Of a stretch of 16,012 bases of DNA, positions 11,556 to 16,012 are shown piece by piece. Each line of letters begins with the position of its first letter. Positions within the stretch are counted from its first letter, which is position 1. The notes beneath the pieces are model-generated. The model searched no databases. It saw nothing but the letters and a program-made list of their open reading frames with translations, and had not been told where the DNA came from. A program made the translations under genes and the position numbers. The DNA comes from Candidatus Rokuibacteriota bacterium (GTDB lineage: Bacteria; Methylomirabilota; Methylomirabilia; Rokubacteriales; DASRDR01), in NCBI GenBank assembly GCA_044866005.1, contig JBIOTN010000177.1, forward strand, positions 1 through 16,012. Reading direction: 5' to 3'.

Positions 11556-12508
11556 GCCCCGCCCTTCTCGGCCGCCTCGGCGCCCTCGCCGCGCGAGCCG
11601 ACCAGGAGGTAGAGGAGCGCCATGCGCACCGCCACCCCGTTCGCCACCTGCTCCAGGATCACCGAGTACGGGCCGTCCGCGACCTCGGGGGCCATCTCGA
11701 TGCCGCGGTTCACGGGGCCGGGGTGCATGATCAGCACGTCGTCCCGCGCCTCCGCGAGCTTCTCGAGGGTCAGCCCGTAGAGCCGCGAGTACTCGCGGAA
11801 GGAGGGGATGTACGCCCCCGTCATCCGCTCCTGCTGGAGGCGGAGCATCATGATCACGTCCACGTCCCGGATCGCGTCGGCGAGCCGGTAAGAGACCTTC
11901 ACCCCGAGCTCCTCGACCCCCGGCGGCATCAGCGTGGGCGGCCCGACGACCGTCACGGCCATCCCCATCTTCCGCATCCCGGCGATGTTCGAGCGCGCCA
12001 CCCGGCTGTGGGCGATGTCGCCGACGATCGCCGCCGACAGGCCTTCCAGGTGCCCGCGCTTCTCCCGGATCGTCAAGAGGTCCAGGAGGGCCTGCGTGGG
12101 GTGCTCGTGCATGCCGTCGCCGGCGTTGATGATGGCGCAGCGGAGCGCGCGCGCGAGCATGTGCGGGGCCCCGGCCGCGGCGTGCCGGATCACCACGCAG
12201 TCCGGGCTCATGGCCTCGATGTTCTTGGCCGTGTCCATGAGCGTCTCCCCCTTCACGACGCTCGAGGACGAGCCCGAGACGTTGACGACGTCGGCCGAAA
12301 GCCACTTCCCGGCGATCTCGAAGGAGGTGCGCGTTCGCGTGGAGGGCTCGAGGAAGAGGTTCACCACGGTCTTCCCGCGCAGGGCGGGGACCTTCTTGAT
12401 CTCCCGGCCGGCGATCTCCTTCATGGAGGCAGCCGTGTCCAGGATGGTCTGGATCTCGGCCGGCTCCAGGCCGCGGATCTCCAGGAGGTCCTTCCGCTTG
12501 AGCCCCAT
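11552..12508 (-). CDS. pyrB: Aspartate carbamoyltransferase catalytic subunit
   Basis: [46 protein letters not shown] just upstream of ATG 12508. Confidence 0.97.
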   Translation of the reverse strand: MGLKRKDLLEIRGLEPAEIQTILDTAASMKEIAGREIKKVPALRGKTVVNLFLEPSTRTRTSFEIAGKWLSADVVNVSGSSSSVVKGETLMDTAKNIEAMSPDCVVIRHAAAGAPHMLARALRCAIINAGDGMHEHPTQALLDLLTIREKRGHLEGLSAAIVGDIAHSRVARSNIAGMRKMGMAVTVVGPPTLMPPGVEELGVKVSYRLADAIRDVDVIMMLRLQQERMTGAYIPSFREYSRLYGLTLEKLAEARDDVLIMHPGPVNRGIEMAPEVADGPYSVILEQVANGVAVRMALLYLLVGSRGEGAEAAEKGGA

Positions 12509-12516
12509 GGCGCCTC

Positions 12517-13191
<675 letters not shown>

Positions 13192-13202
13192 CCATCGCCG
13201 TC

Positions 13203-13231
13203 ACTCTATCGAGCGCGCAGCGACTTGTCAA
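13203..13231 (-). promoter_or_regulatory. Sigma70-type promoter of the pyr operon
   Basis: -35 TTGACA (13231-13226), 17-nt spacer, -10 TAGAGT (13208-13203), directly upstream of the PyrR loop. Confidence 0.8.
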
Positions 13232-13291
13232 GGCCACGTGTCCTGCCTACCCGGCGTGGCCTTCACCCCTCGGCGGGGGGCCCGCCGAGGC

Positions 13292-13320
13292 TTGACCGCC
13301 TGCGGGCCCGCGGCTAAGGT
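13292..13320 (+). promoter_or_regulatory. Putative divergent sigma70-type promoter for the aldo/keto reductase operon
   Basis: TTGACC (13292-13297), 17-nt spacer, TAAGGT (13315-13320), 64 nt upstream of the AKR ATG. Confidence 0.55.
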
Positions 13321-13384
13321 GGACCCGCCGCTCCCGCCGCGCCGCGCGCGGAACGCCTCTCGGGAGCCTGAACAGGAGACCACG

Positions 13385-14371
13385 ATGCAATACCGCACGC
13401 TCGGGAACAGCCCGTTGACCGTCTCGGCGATCGGGCTCGGGTGCATGGGCATGTCCGGGATCTACGGCCCCACCGACGAGGCCGAGTCGATCGCCGTGAT
13501 CCACCACGCGCTCGATCTCGGCATCAACTTCCTCGACAGCTCCGACATGTACGGCTGGGGGCACAACGAGGAGCTCGTGGGCCGCGCCCTGAAGGGCCGG
13601 CGCCAGGACGCCGTCCTCGCCACCAAGTTCGGCCAGGTCCGCAGCCCGGACGGCAAGGGCAACCTCGTGAACGGCCGGCCGGACTACGTCGAGCGCGCCT
13701 GCCACGCGAGCCTGAAGCGGCTCGGCGTGGAGGTGATCGACGTCTACCTCCAGCACCGCGTGGACCCGGCCGTGCCGATCGAGGAGACGGTCGGCGCGAT
13801 GGCGCGCCTCGTCGAGGCGGGGACGGTGCGCTATCTCGGGCTGTCCGAGGCCGCGCCGGCGACGATCCGGCGCGCCCACGCCGTCCATCCCCTCAGCGCG
13901 GTGCAGAGCGAGTACTCGCTCCTCTACCGGAGCCCGGCCGAGGAGACCCTGCCGACCACGCGGGCGCTGGGCATCTCGTACATCGCCTACTCGCCCCTGG
14001 GGCGCGGCTTCCTGACCGGGGCGATCCAGCGCCCGGCCGACCTGCCGGAGAGCGACCGGCGCCACCAGCACCCGCGGTTCCAGGGTCAGCACTTCGACCA
14101 CAACCGCCGGCTCGTCCGTCGCATCGAGGAGATCGCGCGCGAGAAGCGCGTCACCCCGTCCCAGCTCGTCCTCGCCTGGCTCCTGGCGCAGGGGCCGGAC
14201 GTCATCCCGATCCCGGGCACGACGCGCCGCGCCCATCTGGACGAGAACGCGGGCGCCGTGACGATCCAGCTCGACGCCGCGGACCGGAAGCGCATCGACG
14301 AGGCCATGCCGGCCGGGGCCGCGGCGGGCTTACGCTATCCGGAGCCCCAGATGAAGGCCGTCCAGCTCTGA
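13385..14371 (+). CDS. Aldo/keto reductase
   Basis: ATG 13385 with [19 protein letters not shown]; catalytic tetrad D(SSDM)Y...ATKFG...QHRVD; GLSEA, QSEYSL, YSPLGRG, IPIPGT. Confidence 0.95.
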   Translation: MQYRTLGNSPLTVSAIGLGCMGMSGIYGPTDEAESIAVIHHALDLGINFLDSSDMYGWGHNEELVGRALKGRRQDAVLATKFGQVRSPDGKGNLVNGRPDYVERACHASLKRLGVEVIDVYLQHRVDPAVPIEETVGAMARLVEAGTVRYLGLSEAAPATIRRAHAVHPLSAVQSEYSLLYRSPAEETLPTTRALGISYIAYSPLGRGFLTGAIQRPADLPESDRRHQHPRFQGQHFDHNRRLVRRIEEIAREKRVTPSQLVLAWLLAQGPDVIPIPGTTRRAHLDENAGAVTIQLDAADRKRIDEAMPAGAAAGLRYPEPQMKAVQL

Positions 14372-14382
14372 GGAGGGTTCGC

Positions 14383-15246
14383 ATGGCCAGGAAGCGCGTG
14401 GTGCTGACGGGCGCGGCAGGGTACATCGCCCAGCGCATGTTCAAGGAGCTCCGCGAGCGGTGGGACCTCGTGCCGATCGACGTGCGCCCCACGACCCGCG
14501 ACGGCACGCCCGTTCCCGGCGTCGTGGTCGCCGACCTCACGAACCCGGACCGCAACGCCTACCGGCAGCACTTCCGCGGGGCCGACGCCGTCCTCCACTG
14601 CGGCTACGTGAGCGCGCCCGGCCTGGACGCCACCACGTGGCAGGACGCGAGCGACGCGAAGTTCTGGGCCGAGCACCGGAACGTCGCCCTCGCCTACAAC
14701 GTCTACCGGACCGCGCTCGAGGAGGGCGTCCCGCGGGTCGTCGTCGCCAGCTCGAACCACGCGGCGGACTACTACGAGCGGCTGATCTGGGCCGATCGCC
14801 TCGAGATGGTGACGCCGGACATGCGGCCGCTGTCCGACAACTGGTACGGCTGGGCCAAGGCGGCGTACGAGCTGCTCGGCTTCGTCTTCGCCACGGGCAA
14901 GGTGGACGGGCGAAAGCTCGAGGTCGTCCAGTGGCGCATCGGGGCGCCGCGCGACACCGACCTCGACGAGATCAAGCCGGGCGACCTCAAGGTCATGCAC
15001 CGCGCGCTGGGCGCCTACCTCTCCCGGCGCGACCAGGTCCAGCAGGCCATCCGCATGGTGGAGACGCCGAGCATCGAGGACGAGCACGGGGTGCCGTTCC
15101 TGATCGTCTACGGGATCAGCGGGAACAGTCACCGGTTCTGGAGCATCGTCAACGCCCGGCAGAAGATCGGCTACGCCCCGGAGGACGACAGCCAGGTCGC
15201 CTTCGCCGACAAGATCGCGGCGATCGCCCGGGCCGCCCGACCGTAG
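14383..15246 (+). CDS. NAD(P)-dependent epimerase/dehydratase-type SDR, uronate-dehydrogenase-like
   Basis: ATG 14383 with SD GGAGG. Rossmann TGAAGYIA, ASSNHA, catalytic YGWAK, RIG, YGISGN...IGYAPEDD. Confidence 0.85.
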   Translation: MARKRVVLTGAAGYIAQRMFKELRERWDLVPIDVRPTTRDGTPVPGVVVADLTNPDRNAYRQHFRGADAVLHCGYVSAPGLDATTWQDASDAKFWAEHRNVALAYNVYRTALEEGVPRVVVASSNHAADYYERLIWADRLEMVTPDMRPLSDNWYGWAKAAYELLGFVFATGKVDGRKLEVVQWRIGAPRDTDLDEIKPGDLKVMHRALGAYLSRRDQVQQAIRMVETPSIEDEHGVPFLIVYGISGNSHRFWSIVNARQKIGYAPEDDSQVAFADKIAAIARAARP

Positions 15247-15297
15247 CCGGATGCTGAGAGCCGCGGCGTCCCGATCGTCCGCGCGCTCCGGATCGAA

Positions 15298-15374
15298 GCG
15301 CTCCGAGCGCCGGCTTCGCCGGCGCCACCCCTCCTGGGGGGAGGCATCGGAAGGGGGGCAAAGCCCCCCTCCGA
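15298..15374. repeat. REP/BIME-like composite hairpin element
   Basis: Hairpin GCGCCGGC-TTC-GCCGGCGC (15307-15325) and TCGGAAGGGGGGC-AAA-GCCCCCCTCCGA (15347-15374); related modules at 3086-3112 (inverted) and 3864-3890. Confidence 0.75.
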
Positions 15375-15378
15375 GGAT

Positions 15379-16012
15379 ATGAAGGTCTACGTCGTGACCT
15401 ACCCCGAGTCGATCCGCGGCATCTACGCGACGTGGCCCGAGTGCAAGGCCGCGGTCTCCGGCATTCCCGGCGCGCGCTATCAGGCGGTCTCGAGCCGCGA
15501 GACCGCCGAGGCCATGCTCCGCGGCGAGGCGATCCGCCTGGCGCCGGGCACCTACGCCTTCGTGGACGGGAACCACATGGGCGGCATCGGCGTGGTCCTC
15601 GTCGAGCAGGGCGGCGGGGGGCCCCTCGCGGTGCGAGAGGTCGGCACGACCGTCTACGCGGTCTTCCGCCAGGCCGGCATCCCCGGCCTCGACGCGCGGC
15701 CCCAGGTCACCGCGGCGGTGAACCGGCTGCGGAACGTGCTCGCGGAGCTCGGGGCCCTCTACCTGGCGCTCGAGCTCGCCCCGCCCGGGACGGCGCTGAC
15801 CGTGGTCCACGACTACGAAGGGGTCGGCGCCTGGCTCGAGCGGCGCTGGAAGGCGCGGGACCCGCTCGTGGCGGAGGTCGTGGAGGCCTGCCGCCGCCGC
15901 ATCGCCGAGCGCCGGCTCACGGTGACCTACCGCCAGCAGGCGGGCCACGAGGCGACCTTCGCGGGCCAGAACGACTTCGCCGCGTACAACGCCCGCGCCG
16001 ACGCCCTGGCCA
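15379..16012 (+). CDS. rnhA: Ribonuclease HI with N-terminal hybrid-binding (Cauli_VI/viroplasmin-like) domain; partial, runs off the window end
   Basis: Manual translation from ATG 15379: MKVYVVTYPESIRGIYATWPECKAAVSGIPGARYQAVSSRETAEAML (HBD GIYxxWxEC...GARY), then YAFVDGN, RNVLAEL, VVHDYEGV, AGH and YNARADALA (D-E-D-H-D catalytic set). Absent from the ORF track because there is no stop codon in the window. Confidence 0.88.
   Translation, partial: MKVYVVTYPESIRGIYATWPECKAAVSGIPGARYQAVSSRETAEAMLRGEAIRLAPGTYAFVDGNHMGGIGVVLVEQGGGGPLAVREVGTTVYAVFRQAGIPGLDARPQVTAAVNRLRNVLAELGALYLALELAPPGTALTVVHDYEGVGAWLERRWKARDPLVAEVVEACRRRIAERRLTVTYRQQAGHEATFAGQNDFAAYNARADALA

Overview
Very GC-rich bacterial chromosomal window. 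The short GC-rich intergenic hairpin repeats recall Candidatus Rokubacteria-type genomes, but that taxonomy is only an impression. The core is a minus-strand pyrimidine biosynthesis operon: pyrR-pyrB-pyrC-carA-[89-aa hypothetical]-carB-pyrF-pyrE, with no pyrK/pyrD. It has a near-consensus sigma70 promoter, a PyrR-binding stem-loop, an intrinsic terminator, and a 30-codon leader ORF whose SD lies in the PyrR stem and whose stop overlaps the pyrR start. Coupled to pyrE is an uncharacterised PD-(D/E)XK-like small protein, followed in the same frame, across one TAG, by an Hpt-like phosphoribosyltransferase with three altered active-site motifs; this pair is the best candidate for an undescribed system. 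The left flank has a half VOC/glyoxalase gene abutting an orphan NitT/TauT-type ABC permease at a TCATGA palindrome (probable rearrangement or chimera junction), then a large polytopic membrane protein. The right flank has a divergent aldo/keto reductase, a uronate-dehydrogenase-like SDR and a partial RNase HI with an N-terminal hybrid-binding domain that the ORF track missed.
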